64,000 nt of DNA from Dehalococcoidia bacterium (GTDB taxonomy: Bacteria > Chloroflexota > Dehalococcoidia > Lucifugimonadales > UBA3495), in contig OY763929.1 in assembly GCA_963667675.1 (NCBI GenBank), positions 719,386 to 783,385 on the forward strand, read 5' to 3'. This document shows positions 1-10,635 of this stretch, one piece after another. The notes beneath the pieces are model-generated. The model had not been told where the DNA came from. It worked only from the letters and a program-made list of their open reading frames with translations, and did no database searches. Numbering within the stretch: the stretch's first letter is position 1; every line of letters begins with the position of its first letter. Position numbers and translations under genes: made by a program.

Positions 1-934
1 CGTCCACCCGCTCTGTGTATTCGTCTGGATAGGTGTTGAACGACTCGATGTGCCCCGGAGCGTCCGTTGGCCACCAGGCCGTGCCGGTGTAACCGGCGGC
101 TGCCACCCTTTCGCCGTGGCTGACCGGCACCCGGTCGTCATTTTCGCCGTGAATAACCAACACCGGGTAGTCCAATTTGGTTACCGCCTTTACCGGCGTC
201 AGCGCGCCGATGTCGATGCCGTATATCGTCCCGGCCATAAATTTCACCGTGGGCATAAAGGCAGGCACCGCCCATCCGGGAAAGATGGTCCGGCGGGCCG
301 TCTCCTGCACAATCAGTTCGGATGCTGCCGCGTATGGACTGTCCGCCGCCACTGCTCGAATTCCCGGCTCCTCCACAGCCGCCAGAATCGCTGTTGCCCC
401 GCCCATCGAAAATCCCATTAGTCCAACCTTCCCGGCCACAGCCCCCCGCTTCTCCACTAGGTAGTCGTAGGCTCCCAGCACGTCCCAACGTTCGAAGTAT
501 CCGCCTGAAACCCGGCCGCCCTCCGACGAACCGTGCCCCCGCAGGTCGAACATCAATATGCTATACCCCCGGTCTGCCAAGTGGTCGGCCAGCGCCACCG
601 CTTCATTCCCGGAACGGACGTTGCCCAGCCCGTGCACGAATATCAAGTGCGGCGCATCAACGCCATCGTCCCGTTCTCCTTGGATATACCACCCCTTCAG
701 CCGCAAGTCTCCGTCCCGCGGGTGAAACTCCACGTCCTCGACCGGCAGCCCGTAGTCGCTTGGATGGTCTTCTTGTTCTATCCGTTCCGAAGTGGTGACG
801 CCGCGGGCCATGTAAAACGAGATGAGTCCGTACAGGACCACCAACGCCGTCAGAATCAGGACGAGGGCAATCCTCAGCCGTGGCCGAACCCACAGGGAGC
901 GTATGCTGGCTCTGAGTCCCAAGAGCTTTGCCAT
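1..934 (-). CDS. alpha/beta hydrolase (partial; C-terminal end runs off the window start)
   Basis: Reverse frame opens at ATG (932-934) as MAKLLGLRASIRSL... with an N-terminal TM helix and stays open to base 1. It has the LIFVHGLG oxyanion region and the nucleophile elbow GFSMGG. It is absent from the ORF track only because there is no stop inside the window. Confidence 0.8.
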   Translation of the reverse strand, partial: MAKLLGLRASIRSLWVRPRLRIALVLILTALVVLYGLISFYMARGVTTSERIEQEDHPSDYGLPVEDVEFHPRDGDLRLKGWYIQGERDDGVDAPHLIFVHGLGNVRSGNEAVALADHLADRGYSILMFDLRGHGSSEGGRVSGGYFERWDVLGAYDYLVEKRGAVAGKVGLMGFSMGGATAILAAVEEPGIRAVAADSPYAAASELIVQETARRTIFPGWAVPAFMPTVKFMAGTIYGIDIGALTPVKAVTKLDYPVLVIHGENDDRVPVSHGERVAAAGYTGTAWWPTDAPGHIESFNTYPDEYTERVD

Positions 935-1029
935 AGACTGTCATTATGTTAGAGTACGGCAGTTGCGGCAACACCCAGCGCAACGCTTGCCGCCCCTGCC
1001 CTGGCTCCGTTGTTTAGGAGGACGCGAAT

Positions 1030-1599
1030 ATGGCCAACCCACTCGAACAACCCGGCTCCTCCAGCGTCACCGGCAGCACTTTGCTTGAAGCTCGATTTGA
1101 CGTAAACATCATACCCTACGGCAGATGGTGGGTATCGTTGCTTCTGGTCATCACCGTGGCCGGAATTCCCCTCATCCCCTTCTGGTGGTTGTTCAGCCTC
1201 TGGTACGGGCCGGAATATTACCGGCGGGCCTCGGCCCGGTTGACCACCAACGCCTTGGAGATAAAGAAGGGCGTTTTTACACGTTCAGAGGCCACCATCC
1301 CTCTCAACCGGATTACCGACCTGCGCCTCCACGACGGGCCGCTGATGCGCCGCTACGGGTTGCGCGGATTGAAGGTGGAGACCGCCGGACAGTCCGGAGG
1401 GACCGGCGCCGGCGACAGTGACCTCCTGGGCGTTATTGCCCCCGTCGAGTTCCGCGATGCGGTGCTCCGTCAGCGGCAGAAGCTGCTCGACTCCGATACG
1501 ACCGCAACTGACTCCCCCGCCGCCGGAAGCGTAGCAGGCATCCTCACCGAAATCCGCGATATCCTGGCCCGGATGGAAGCCGGAAAGACCGATGGTTAA
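1030..1599 (+). CDS. bacterial PH-domain (bPH_2/YdbS-like) membrane protein
   Basis: 189-aa ORF with a two-TM hairpin (WWVSLLLVITVAGIPLIPFWWLFSLWY) followed by ...IPLNRITDLRLHDGPLMRRYGLRGLKVETAG, which is typical of the YdbS/YdbT-like PH domain. Confidence 0.7.
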   Translation: MANPLEQPGSSSVTGSTLLEARFDVNIIPYGRWWVSLLLVITVAGIPLIPFWWLFSLWYGPEYYRRASARLTTNALEIKKGVFTRSEATIPLNRITDLRLHDGPLMRRYGLRGLKVETAGQSGGTGAGDSDLLGVIAPVEFRDAVLRQRQKLLDSDTTATDSPAAGSVAGILTEIRDILARMEAGKTDG

Positions 1600-1842
1600 C
1601 CGGCCCTGCTGCCGGAGTTGAAGCGCCGGCTGGGCGGCTATTCTCCCTTGGCCGGCCGCGCTCCTTCCACAGCCCTGCTGCCCGCTTGTGGTAATCCTTC
1701 CGTTGCTCTTGACGTCGCCAAGTCCTATCCCTTTGCCGTTAAGCCGCTCGTTCCCAGGCGTGTTGCCCAGATATCCAGGTGGTAGGATAGAGCGATACCG
1801 GTCAGGGGCCGTTTCGCGCCCGCATGGCCGTTAGGTATCGGA

Positions 1843-2451
1843 GTGACGGACCAGGCAGGAACCCCGAACAGGATACGGAAGCCGACGAGTATCAGGGTTA
1901 TCCGTCGGTTCATGTTCCTCGCGTTGTACCTGCATCGCCACTATGCGCCCAGGGTCCAGCTATTGGATCCCCAGTTCCGACGTTCCCGCAAGAATTACCT
2001 GATACAGGTCGGCCTGGCCACCGCCGCCCTGTTTGCCATCCTACTGCTGGTGGACTCCCTCTCCGATGCCGCTCTCGCCGTGGGCCTGGGGTCCAGCGCC
2101 ATCATCATATTCTTGAGCCCTTCCTACCGGTCCGCGTCGCCCCGGGCCCTGGTCGGCGGCCACTTCCTGGGAGTGATAATCGGCCTGGCATGCTCCCTGC
2201 TCCTCTTTTCTACCCCGCTGGATGACTCTATCACCTCCACCCTGCGGGCGGTTATCCTGGCCGTCTCCCTGGGACTCCTGATGTTGGCCATGTCCACCAC
2301 CGATACCGAACACCCGCCTGCCGCTGGCACGGTGCTGGGGATAGCCATCAAGCCTTGGGACCCGGTCACCCTGTACATCATCATCGGCGCCGTCCTGCTC
2401 CTGGCCTGCATCAAATTCCTGCTCCACCGCTACCTCCACGACCTCATCTAG
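1843..2451 (+). CDS. HPP family membrane protein
   Basis: 202-aa polytopic ORF containing the name-giving motif TDTEHPPAAGT. Confidence 0.8.
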   Translation: MTDQAGTPNRIRKPTSIRVIRRFMFLALYLHRHYAPRVQLLDPQFRRSRKNYLIQVGLATAALFAILLLVDSLSDAALAVGLGSSAIIIFLSPSYRSASPRALVGGHFLGVIIGLACSLLLFSTPLDDSITSTLRAVILAVSLGLLMLAMSTTDTEHPPAAGTVLGIAIKPWDPVTLYIIIGAVLLLACIKFLLHRYLHDLI

Positions 2452-2786
2452 CCCAGCCCTCGACCCCCCATCCGTTCGTCCAGAGTATGGCCCCCTTTCA
2501 TTTCCTATTGTCGGTGAGGGCGGAGGCGGCATGGCTCCCAGCCGGGAAATCCTTGCGATTGGGACATTTCGCGACATTTTGGGACATCCCGCCTTCGTCT
2601 GGCGCTTGGGCCTCACCGCAATGGAGCGTCGGCCGGCGGAACACCGTTGGGATTTGGCCGCCGGTAGATATGTCATACGATTTCAGCTTACCGGCCGGGG
2701 TTGGGGTGCGTCAACGGGGAAATGTCAGTAGGGAGGGCGAGATGGGTTGGGGGTCACTACGGGCGGGATTGGGGCCAGGGATTCCT

Positions 2787-3056
2787 GGATACCGGCTTTC
2801 GCCGGTATGACGGGGTGGAGGCGCTGGTATAGCGGGGCGGCGGCTTTGGGGCATGGGTTTTAGATTTCTCGGCTGCGCTCGAAATGACAGGCTGGGTGGG
2901 GGTGGATACCGGCTTTCGCCGGCATGACGGGGTGGGGGCGCTGGTATAGCGGGGCGGCGGCTTTGGGGCATGGGTTTTAGATTTCTCGGCTGCGCTCGAA
3001 ATGACAGGCTGGGTGGGGGTGGATACCGGCTTTCGCCGGTATGACGGGTGGGGCGT
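2787..3056. repeat. 117-bp tandem repeat, about 2.3 copies
   Basis: The unit starting GGATACCGGCTTTCGCCGGTATGACGG recurs at 2787, 2904 and 3021 (period exactly 117) with only a few substitutions. Each unit contains small hairpins (CCGGCTTTCGCCGG; CTCGGCTGCGCTCGAAATGAC) that are also seen in dispersed intergenic repeats. Confidence 0.9.
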
Positions 3057-3154
3057 GCGTGCTGTGCTGGGGTGAGGACAGGGGCGATGGTTTCCCTTTT
3101 AGGTGTATGTGTGACCCAACGAGAGTCTAGCCGGCCGCTGCTTGGAGTTGCGTA

Positions 3155-3397
3155 TCAGTCGCTTGCTTTAGTCGCAGCAGGCATAGCGACAGGGGCAATC
3201 GGTTCTATTCCAAGCTCGACGCACCCCTGGAGATACACGTCAATTGAGATGCGGAACTCCCGCTTGATGCCCTCCACGTCGGTAGCCTCGGCATTGGCTA
3301 TGGGATATGGACCGCTGTTGATGACTCTGGCATGCAGGACCTCAGCTTCATCGTCATAAACCACCTCCCCAATGTAGCCCTTGTACTCCAGCATCAA
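3155..3397 (-). CDS. hicB: type II antitoxin, HicB family
   Basis: 80 aa. MLEYKGYIGEVVYDDEAEVLHARV...FRISIDVYLQGCVELGIEP matches the HicB N-terminal domain pattern. ATGA overlap with the upstream hicA. Confidence 0.75.
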   Translation of the reverse strand: MMLEYKGYIGEVVYDDEAEVLHARVINSGPYPIANAEATDVEGIKREFRISIDVYLQGCVELGIEPIAPVAMPAATKASD

Positions 3398-3672
3398 TCC
3401 TCCCTGATACGCTCGATAAACTTCACGATGTCGCGGACGGTATCGCGGCTTGTCACCGGCCGCGGATGCGGCCTGTGAACCACTATAGACTGTGCTCCCT
3501 TCACCAACTGCACTCTGGAACCGGCCCGTTCAACCAGATTGACCCCCAGCGCGTTCAGAAGTGATTCAATTTCCTCCCACCTGATGTCCGCCGGCGTTGG
3601 CGTCGCCTGCATTCGTTTCAGCGTCCGTCGGTGTCTCCTCCTCATGGCGCCGATTCCGCGCTTCTCGGCCAT
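3394..3672 (-). CDS. hicA: type II toxin, HicA (YcfA-like mRNA interferase) family
   Basis: 92 aa. ...IRWEEIESLLNALGVNLVERAGSRVQLVKG..VVHRPHP...VRDIVKFIE matches the HicA pattern. 4-nt overlap with hicB. Confidence 0.75.
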   Translation of the reverse strand: MAEKRGIGAMRRRHRRTLKRMQATPTPADIRWEEIESLLNALGVNLVERAGSRVQLVKGAQSIVVHRPHPRPVTSRDTVRDIVKFIERIRED

Positions 3673-3800
3673 CCGCTTGAGGACCGCTCCACCATAGCTG
3701 AAAGTTTACCACAGGGCCGTCGAGCATGAAGGGGATTATGCCATTCCCGGACCTGCCAGGCATCCCCCGCGAACGTCGCTTTGCTCGTTCGCGCCCCTTG

Positions 3801-3862
3801 CACCGCTACCTCCACGACCTCATCTAGCACCACCCCACCGCTACCTCCACGACTTTATCTAG
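3801..3862 (+). repeat. two tandem copies of the last ~27 nt of the HPP gene
   Basis: CACCGCTACCTCCACGACCTCATCTAG at 3801-3827 is identical to 2425-2451. CCACCGCTACCTCCACGACTTTATCTAG at 3835-3862 differs at 2 positions. Confidence 0.85.
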
Positions 3863-3879
3863 GCTCACCTGCTCAACAC

Positions 3880-5022
<1,143 letters not shown>

Positions 5023-5223
5023 CATTCAAGACAGTTGCTGAGCCCGTTGAAGGGCCCCGCGTGCCCGTCATCCCACCACGTAGGGACGAAAAATCTTTCG
5101 CCCTCGCTCCCTCCTCCTCTCCCCACCTGTCAGGCCATGGCTAACCTTGCCCGCACACACCTGTTTGGGGTAAGATTCTCGGTACCCATCCAACGGCCCC
5201 CGCATTCCCCCAAGGAGACCTAT

Positions 5224-7539
5224 ATGCCGGGCGCCCTCGGCGGCATCCGCATCATCGATTTCGGCCATTACATAGCCGGCCCCTTGGCCGGCATGCTCCT
5301 GGCCGACCAGGGCGCCGACGTCATCAAGGTCGACCCGCCGGGAGGTCCCCGCTGGAAGGCTCCAGGAAACGCCACCTGGAACCGGGGCAAGCGCAGCATC
5401 GTCTTGGACCTGAAAGAGCGAGACGACCTGGCTGCCGCCCGCGCTCTTATCCAGACCGCCGATGTGGTGGTAGAAAACTTCCGACCCGGAGTTATGCACC
5501 GCCTGGGCTTGGGCGCAGAAGCGATGACCAGGGCCAACCCCCGGCTGGTGTACTGTTCTCTTCCGGGATTCGCGTCCGACGATCCCCGCGCCGCCGTGCC
5601 AGCCTACGAAGGTGTCGTCGGGGCCGCCACCGCCACCTACCTCGTGAAGTCGGGCAATAAAGACAGCGACCGGCCCGTCTATACCGGCCTGCCTATAGCC
5701 TCTACCTTTGCCGCCTTCCAGGGCGTCATAAGCATCGCCATGGCCCTCAACGCACGGCATCGGGACGGAACAGGGCAGCACGTCGAAGTCCCGTTGTTCG
5801 ACGCCATGTTCACCACCAACGCCTACCGCGCCATGAGCCACCACCACCCCAATGGCGTCACCTATCCCTACAGCAACGGCAGGTTCGGAGAACCCCGGCA
5901 TTACGGGCCCTGGAACGGTTTCTACCGGTGCAAAGACGGCCGCTGGTTCTACTTCAACGGGTCCTCCAACCGGAACTGGCGACAGGTCGTGGAAGCGGTC
6001 GGCATCACCTCCTGGGCCGCCCAGGGACTAACCGATTTCGACCTGTTGACCAATGACCCGGCAGTAGCCGAAGAGGCCATCCGGCAGGCCGGGGAGCTAT
6101 TCAAGACTCGCACGGCCCAGGAGTGGGAGGACCTGGTGGCCGAGGCGGGAGGCGAGGGCGCGCTCTGCCGCACCAGTGAAGAGTGGACCAAGCATCCCCA
6201 CGCCCGGCAGTCCAAGATGTTTGTACAGGTAAATGACCCGCTCTACGGCAGTATGCTGCAACCCAACGTCAACGTCCGCCTGTCCCAAGCGCCGGGTAAG
6301 GTGAGCGGCCCTGCGCCCGTCCTCGACCAGCATCGGGCGGAAATCCTCTCCTGGCTGGCATCCCATCGGCCGGACAACGGCCGCCCGGTAACAGAGACAA
6401 CAATGCGGGCCGCCATGGACGGAGTGCGGGTGCTGGACCTGTGCATCGAGCTGGCCGGCCCCACCCTGGGGCGCACCATGGCCGAGTTCGGCGCCGACGT
6501 AATCAAAATAAACCATCCCAGCCGGGAACCGGTAGTCGTCCTCCATAACGACATCAACCAGGGCAAGCGCAGCATCCTTCTGGACCTTAAGACCGAGCAA
6601 GGCCGGAATGTCTTCTGGAAGATGCTCGAGGACGCCGACGTGGTGGTCGAGAACTACCGGGCAGGCAAGCTGGAAGAACTGGGCCTGGGCTATGAAGACG
6701 TGCGCCGCCGCAAGCCGGGCATCATCTACGCCTCGCTCAAAGCCTACGGCCACGCCGGGCCATGGGCAGGACGCCCGGCCCACGACCCCTTCGTGCAGTC
6801 GGTTACTGGCATGGCCGTCCGTTTCGGTGGCGACGGAGTCCCGGTGCAGCAGCCCAGCCCGATAAACGATTACGGCACCGGCTTCATGGGCGCATACGGC
6901 GTGGCCTTGGCCCTGCTGCATCGGCGGCAGACCGGCGAGGGCCAACTAGTCGATGCTTCCCTCGCCTATACCGCCCTGACCTTCCAGTCTCCCTTCATGC
7001 AGTCGTACCAGGGCAAGACCTGGGACGAGCCCCATGGCCAAGACGCCTTGGGCAGTGGCCCCCTGCACCGCGCCTACCGCGCCCGGGACGGATGGCTATT
7101 CCTGGGCGCCCGGGAGTCGGACCTGCCGCGGATTGTGCGGGCCGATGGGCTGGAGGGCATCGAGCCGCTGCGCGGCAAGGCATTGGCCAAGGCATTGGAG
7201 ACCCGCTTCCCGGCAAAACCAGTGAGCGCGTGGGTAAGTGATCTCAACCACGCTGGCATCGGGGCCCACCGGGTGGTCACCGATTTCGCCGAGTTGATGT
7301 TCGACCCTTGGGTAAAAACCCACGGCCTCAGCCTCACCCGGGAACACGACGAAATCGGCCTGGTCACCACCTGCGGCCCGGCCTTCCGCCTGTCCCGCAC
7401 CCCCGTTCGGCCTGGGTGCCCCGCGCCCAAGCCCGGCAAGCACGCTCGCGAAATTCTGGAAGAACACGGCCTGGGCGACCAATACCAGCGGCTGGTGGAC
7501 GCCGGGGTAATAGTCGTAGACGGCGTCAAAGCCGGCTAG
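5224..7539 (+). CDS. tandem-fused family III (CaiB/BaiF) CoA-transferase, two complete domains in one chain
   Basis: RBS AAGGAG lies before ATG 5224. Two N-terminal signature segments are present: GIRIIDFGHYIAGPLAGMLLADQGADVIKVDPPGG (aa ~8) and GVRVLDLCIELAGPTLGRTMAEFGADVIKINHP (aa ~405). Total length is 771 aa, about twice the usual ~390. Confidence 0.85.
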   Translation: MPGALGGIRIIDFGHYIAGPLAGMLLADQGADVIKVDPPGGPRWKAPGNATWNRGKRSIVLDLKERDDLAAARALIQTADVVVENFRPGVMHRLGLGAEAMTRANPRLVYCSLPGFASDDPRAAVPAYEGVVGAATATYLVKSGNKDSDRPVYTGLPIASTFAAFQGVISIAMALNARHRDGTGQHVEVPLFDAMFTTNAYRAMSHHHPNGVTYPYSNGRFGEPRHYGPWNGFYRCKDGRWFYFNGSSNRNWRQVVEAVGITSWAAQGLTDFDLLTNDPAVAEEAIRQAGELFKTRTAQEWEDLVAEAGGEGALCRTSEEWTKHPHARQSKMFVQVNDPLYGSMLQPNVNVRLSQAPGKVSGPAPVLDQHRAEILSWLASHRPDNGRPVTETTMRAAMDGVRVLDLCIELAGPTLGRTMAEFGADVIKINHPSREPVVVLHNDINQGKRSILLDLKTEQGRNVFWKMLEDADVVVENYRAGKLEELGLGYEDVRRRKPGIIYASLKAYGHAGPWAGRPAHDPFVQSVTGMAVRFGGDGVPVQQPSPINDYGTGFMGAYGVALALLHRRQTGEGQLVDASLAYTALTFQSPFMQSYQGKTWDEPHGQDALGSGPLHRAYRARDGWLFLGARESDLPRIVRADGLEGIEPLRGKALAKALETRFPAKPVSAWVSDLNHAGIGAHRVVTDFAELMFDPWVKTHGLSLTREHDEIGLVTTCGPAFRLSRTPVRPGCPAPKPGKHAREILEEHGLGDQYQRLVDAGVIVVDGVKAG

Positions 7540-7667
7540 ATCCCGCTCGCCCTCCACCACGGCCATTCATCACACGTTCTTCCTGCGCCGGTCGAAGGAA
7601 GCCGCGGGGTTAACAGGGGTCCCTATCGTTGGCGACAGCCGGGACAATGCCGTAATATGATAGATGC

Positions 7668-8819
7668 ATGCACTTGACCCGTCTGGTAGGTCTAGTTTCC
7701 TCCCTTCTAGCGGCAGCCATATTGGCATTCATATTGGGAGCATGTGGCAACGGGGCCAACGGGTCACCGGAGCCTTCCCCCGTAGCAACTCCGTCGCCAA
7801 CGCCGACCCCTTCTCCTGGCCCTTCCCTCGCCCCTATGGAGCACGACGGCGTCGTGCGGCTGCCCCACGACGAAGGGGTACACCTCTCACCACTGGAATG
7901 GTGGTACTTCAACGGCCACTTGGCGACAGTCGATGGCCGGACGTTCAGCTACCATTTCGTCACCTTTCAGTCGGCGCTGAGCTCGGGTCTCGCGCCCAGG
8001 GTGGTCCAGTTAAGCTGGTCCGACCACGGCGAGGACCTGCACTTGACCGCGGAGCAGGCCACCGTGTCCACGACCGAGTCGTCGTCGGGGCATTTCGACC
8101 TCCCCACCAACGATTGGCGTATGAGCGGCGACGGCGACTCCTACGAACTCTCTTTCCAGCTTGAGAACTACGTCGTTGAGCTTGAAGCCAATTCAGAAAA
8201 GCCTGCGGTGCTCCACCACGGCGGCGGACTGGTGGACTTGGGTATTGCCGGCAAGACCTACTACTATTCCCGCACGGACCTCACAACGTCCGGCACCATA
8301 TCCATATCCGGCATTCCCAACAGCGTCGCCGGAACCTCGTGGATGGACCACCAGTGGGGCGATTTCACCATTGCCAACATCGGATGGGACTGGCTCAGCC
8401 TGAACTTGGACGATGGTTCCGACCTCATGGTATCGGTGGTCTGGGAGCAGGAAGACGGCGCGGATATTGCCACCTACGGCACCTACATCCCGCCGGACTC
8501 CAGCCCCGTACACCTGCCAAGCGATGACATTTCGCTGGAACCTACCGGTATCTGGACAAGCCCCAAAACCGGGGGCGTCTATCCCATGGGCTGGACCTTG
8601 GGGATCGACTCCCTGGCACTTGAACTGGCCATGGTCCCGGCAATAGAAGAGTCGGAGTTTGCCATCAGCGAAATCATACCCGTGGTCTACTGGGAAGGTT
8701 CCGTAGCCGCTGCGGGGAGCAAAAATGGCGCGGCTGTGTCTGGAAACGGCTTCGTGGAGATGGTGGGCTACGTACACTTTGACCTCAGCACCCTGCCGAC
8801 CCCGCCTGCCCAACCGTAG
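7668..8819 (+). CDS. AttH / CrtC (hydroxyneurosporene synthase)-like lipocalin-fold lipoprotein, paralog A
   Basis: Signal peptide with lipobox (ILGAC). Motifs DEGVHLSPLEWWYFNGHL, GKTYYYSRT and SWMDHQWGDF are typical of the AttH/CrtC-like family. Confidence 0.8.
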   Translation: MHLTRLVGLVSSLLAAAILAFILGACGNGANGSPEPSPVATPSPTPTPSPGPSLAPMEHDGVVRLPHDEGVHLSPLEWWYFNGHLATVDGRTFSYHFVTFQSALSSGLAPRVVQLSWSDHGEDLHLTAEQATVSTTESSSGHFDLPTNDWRMSGDGDSYELSFQLENYVVELEANSEKPAVLHHGGGLVDLGIAGKTYYYSRTDLTTSGTISISGIPNSVAGTSWMDHQWGDFTIANIGWDWLSLNLDDGSDLMVSVVWEQEDGADIATYGTYIPPDSSPVHLPSDDISLEPTGIWTSPKTGGVYPMGWTLGIDSLALELAMVPAIEESEFAISEIIPVVYWEGSVAAAGSKNGAAVSGNGFVEMVGYVHFDLSTLPTPPAQP

Positions 8820-8881
8820 CCCGATGGCTCCGGGCAACTTCTAACTCCCGGGGTTGGGCTGCCGGGACGCGGTACGAGGAT

Positions 8882-9170
8882 TTACTGAGCTACAAACCGT
8901 TGGGCGTCGCCCGAGTTCACACTAACCGCGTATTCAACCCCCGGCTCGAAGTCCGCACCTAACGGAACAATTGTCTCAACTATGGGGTAGTCCGCCGTGC
9001 AGACCACATCCGGGTCGGAGACCCGATGATGGGTGATGGTCACGTCTATGCGGTTGGGCTCCGGCCGCCGGATTTCGTACCCGTTAAACTGGGAGCAACT
9101 GCTCCCCCTGGACATCCCCGACACAACCCGCAGTTGGTACTGCGGCTGGTGGCTCTCCAGCACCAGCACG
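8882..9170 (-). pseudogene. C-terminal gene fragment (small beta domain, ...LESHQPQYQLRVV...CTADYPIVETIVPLG...YAVSVN)
   Basis: Only the last ~95 codons look protein-like. The upstream part of the 146-aa ORF is antisense to another fragment and has no signal peptide or start context. Confidence 0.4.
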
Positions 9171-9764
9171 ACGGTGACGCTGAGCGCGAACACGTCGTAC
9201 ACGTTCGCGGCGTACAGCGACAGCGGGTGCTCAACGCTGCTGGCGACGGCGTCGGAGTTCACGACGCCGGCCGCGACGGTGTCGGTGAGCAACCTGAGCG
9301 AGGCCGCGGCCAGCCTGTTCACCGTTCAAACAGGCGCCTCCCACGCGCAGGAGTTCACCACTGGGGCCAACACGGGCGGCTACACGCTGGGCAGCGTGAA
9401 GGTGGACTTCACCCTCGTCACCAACGCCAGCGTCGTCACCGTGGCCATCCACGACAGGCAGTCCAACGGTACGCCGTCCGCGACGGCTCGCGCCACGCTC
9501 ACCGGGACCGCCGCCGACGGTCAGGCCGAGTTCACCTGCTCGAGCAACTGCGATCTGGCCGCGAACACGTCGTACTTCGTCCACGTCAGCGTCAACGCCA
9601 GCATCGCCTCCTACCCGAGTAGCACCGCGAGCGACGCGCAGACGCTCACGCCCACCGGCACCGGCTGGAGCATCGCCAACGCGGCGCGCTCCCAGTCGGT
9701 CAATTGGGCCGAACTGGCCAATGGCCAGTCGATGCGGATTAAGGTGACGGCGACGGAGAATTAG
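9171..9764 (+). pseudogene. C-terminal gene fragment of a Thr/Ser-rich beta-sandwich surface-type protein with atypically high GC3
   Basis: The protein-like sequence begins abruptly at TVTLSANTSYTF.... The first ~46 codons of the 243-aa ORF are antisense to the neighbouring fragment. Codon third positions are visibly more GC-rich than in flanking genes. Confidence 0.4.
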
Positions 9765-9928
9765 GGGTCGGCGGCAGCGGAGATTCGGGCATCGGTAGGG
9801 GCGGGTTTCAAACCCGCCCCTACGTGGTTGTGGGGGCGGTCATCTTCTTGGCCGGCGCGCAATGGGCTATAATGGCCCGAAAGCAGGCAAGGCAGCGCGA
9901 TGAAAGCGCCGTGGGCGGAGGAACGCAA

Positions 9929-10204
9929 ATGACCGCAGTGCGAGCAAAGTACGAGAACGGCGTCCTCACGCCGCTGGAGCCCCTCGACTTGGAGGATGGC
10001 GCTGAGGTGATGGTGTCGGTGGAGGGAGCGGCCGCGGAAGCGCCGGGGGGCAAGCCTGCGCCAAAACAGGGGCTTGCCGCCATCGTGGAGAGGGTGAAGG
10101 AACGACAGAAGGATATTCCCCCGGAGGAGTGGGATAATCTCCCTACGGACCTTGCCAAGAACCACAAGCATTACCTTTACGGCCATCCCAAAGAAGACGA
10201 CTGA
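9929..10204 (+). CDS. antitoxin, DUF104 (AF2212-like) family
   Basis: MTAVRAKYENGVLTPLEPLDLEDGAEV is the DUF104 signature. RBS GGAGG lies before ATG 9929. Its stop overlaps the vapC start (TGATG). Confidence 0.75.
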   Translation: MTAVRAKYENGVLTPLEPLDLEDGAEVMVSVEGAAAEAPGGKPAPKQGLAAIVERVKERQKDIPPEEWDNLPTDLAKNHKHYLYGHPKEDD

Positions 10205-10620
10205 TGGCGTCCATATTTGCGGATACCGGTTACTGGATTGCGGTATTGTTCCCCGGAGACCAGATGCACGACAGGGCCTTGGCTGTGGCGGTTGCCCATG
10301 ACGAGGCAAGAGTGGTTACGACACAGATGGTATTGACTGAAGTCCTGAACCACTTTTCGAGAATGGGCCCGGTACTCCGGCTGGATGCCGCTCAATTGCT
10401 TGAAGACCTCGAAAGCAATCCCAACGTGGAGATCATACCGCAGACGGACGCGCAGTTCAGGGCCGCCGTGGAACGTTATGCCTCTCGCAGCGACCAGCGG
10501 TGGAGCCTCACGGACTGCGCCAGCTTCCTGGCTATGGAGGAGCGCGGCATCACCGAGGCGTTGGCATACGACAGGGACTTTGAGCAGGCGGGTTTCGCGG
10601 CGCTGCTGAGGGGAAGCTAG
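10204..10620 (+). CDS. vapC: PIN-domain ribonuclease toxin VapC
   Basis: 138 aa. Acidic PIN residues are in the usual places (IFADTGYW..., ...VLTEVLNH..., ...SLTDCASF..., ...AYDRDF). Confidence 0.85.
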   Translation: MASIFADTGYWIAVLFPGDQMHDRALAVAVAHDEARVVTTQMVLTEVLNHFSRMGPVLRLDAAQLLEDLESNPNVEIIPQTDAQFRAAVERYASRSDQRWSLTDCASFLAMEERGITEALAYDRDFEQAGFAALLRGS

Positions 10621-10635
10621 CCGCGGCGTGGCGCG

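Noticed and set aside
2787-3056. Possible CRISPR array.
   Set aside because: The units are contiguous 117-bp repeats with no unique spacers. Only 2.3 copies are present, and there are no cas genes nearby.
5035-5223. N-terminal 63-codon extension of the CoA-transferase ORF. The same issue applies to the extensions at 58419-58637, 26715-26792, 16943-17104, 42772-42996 and 62225-62332.
   Set aside because: The extensions run through repeat elements, T-box leaders or divergent genes. Good RBS/ATG (or GTG) sites coincide with the family-typical N-termini further in.
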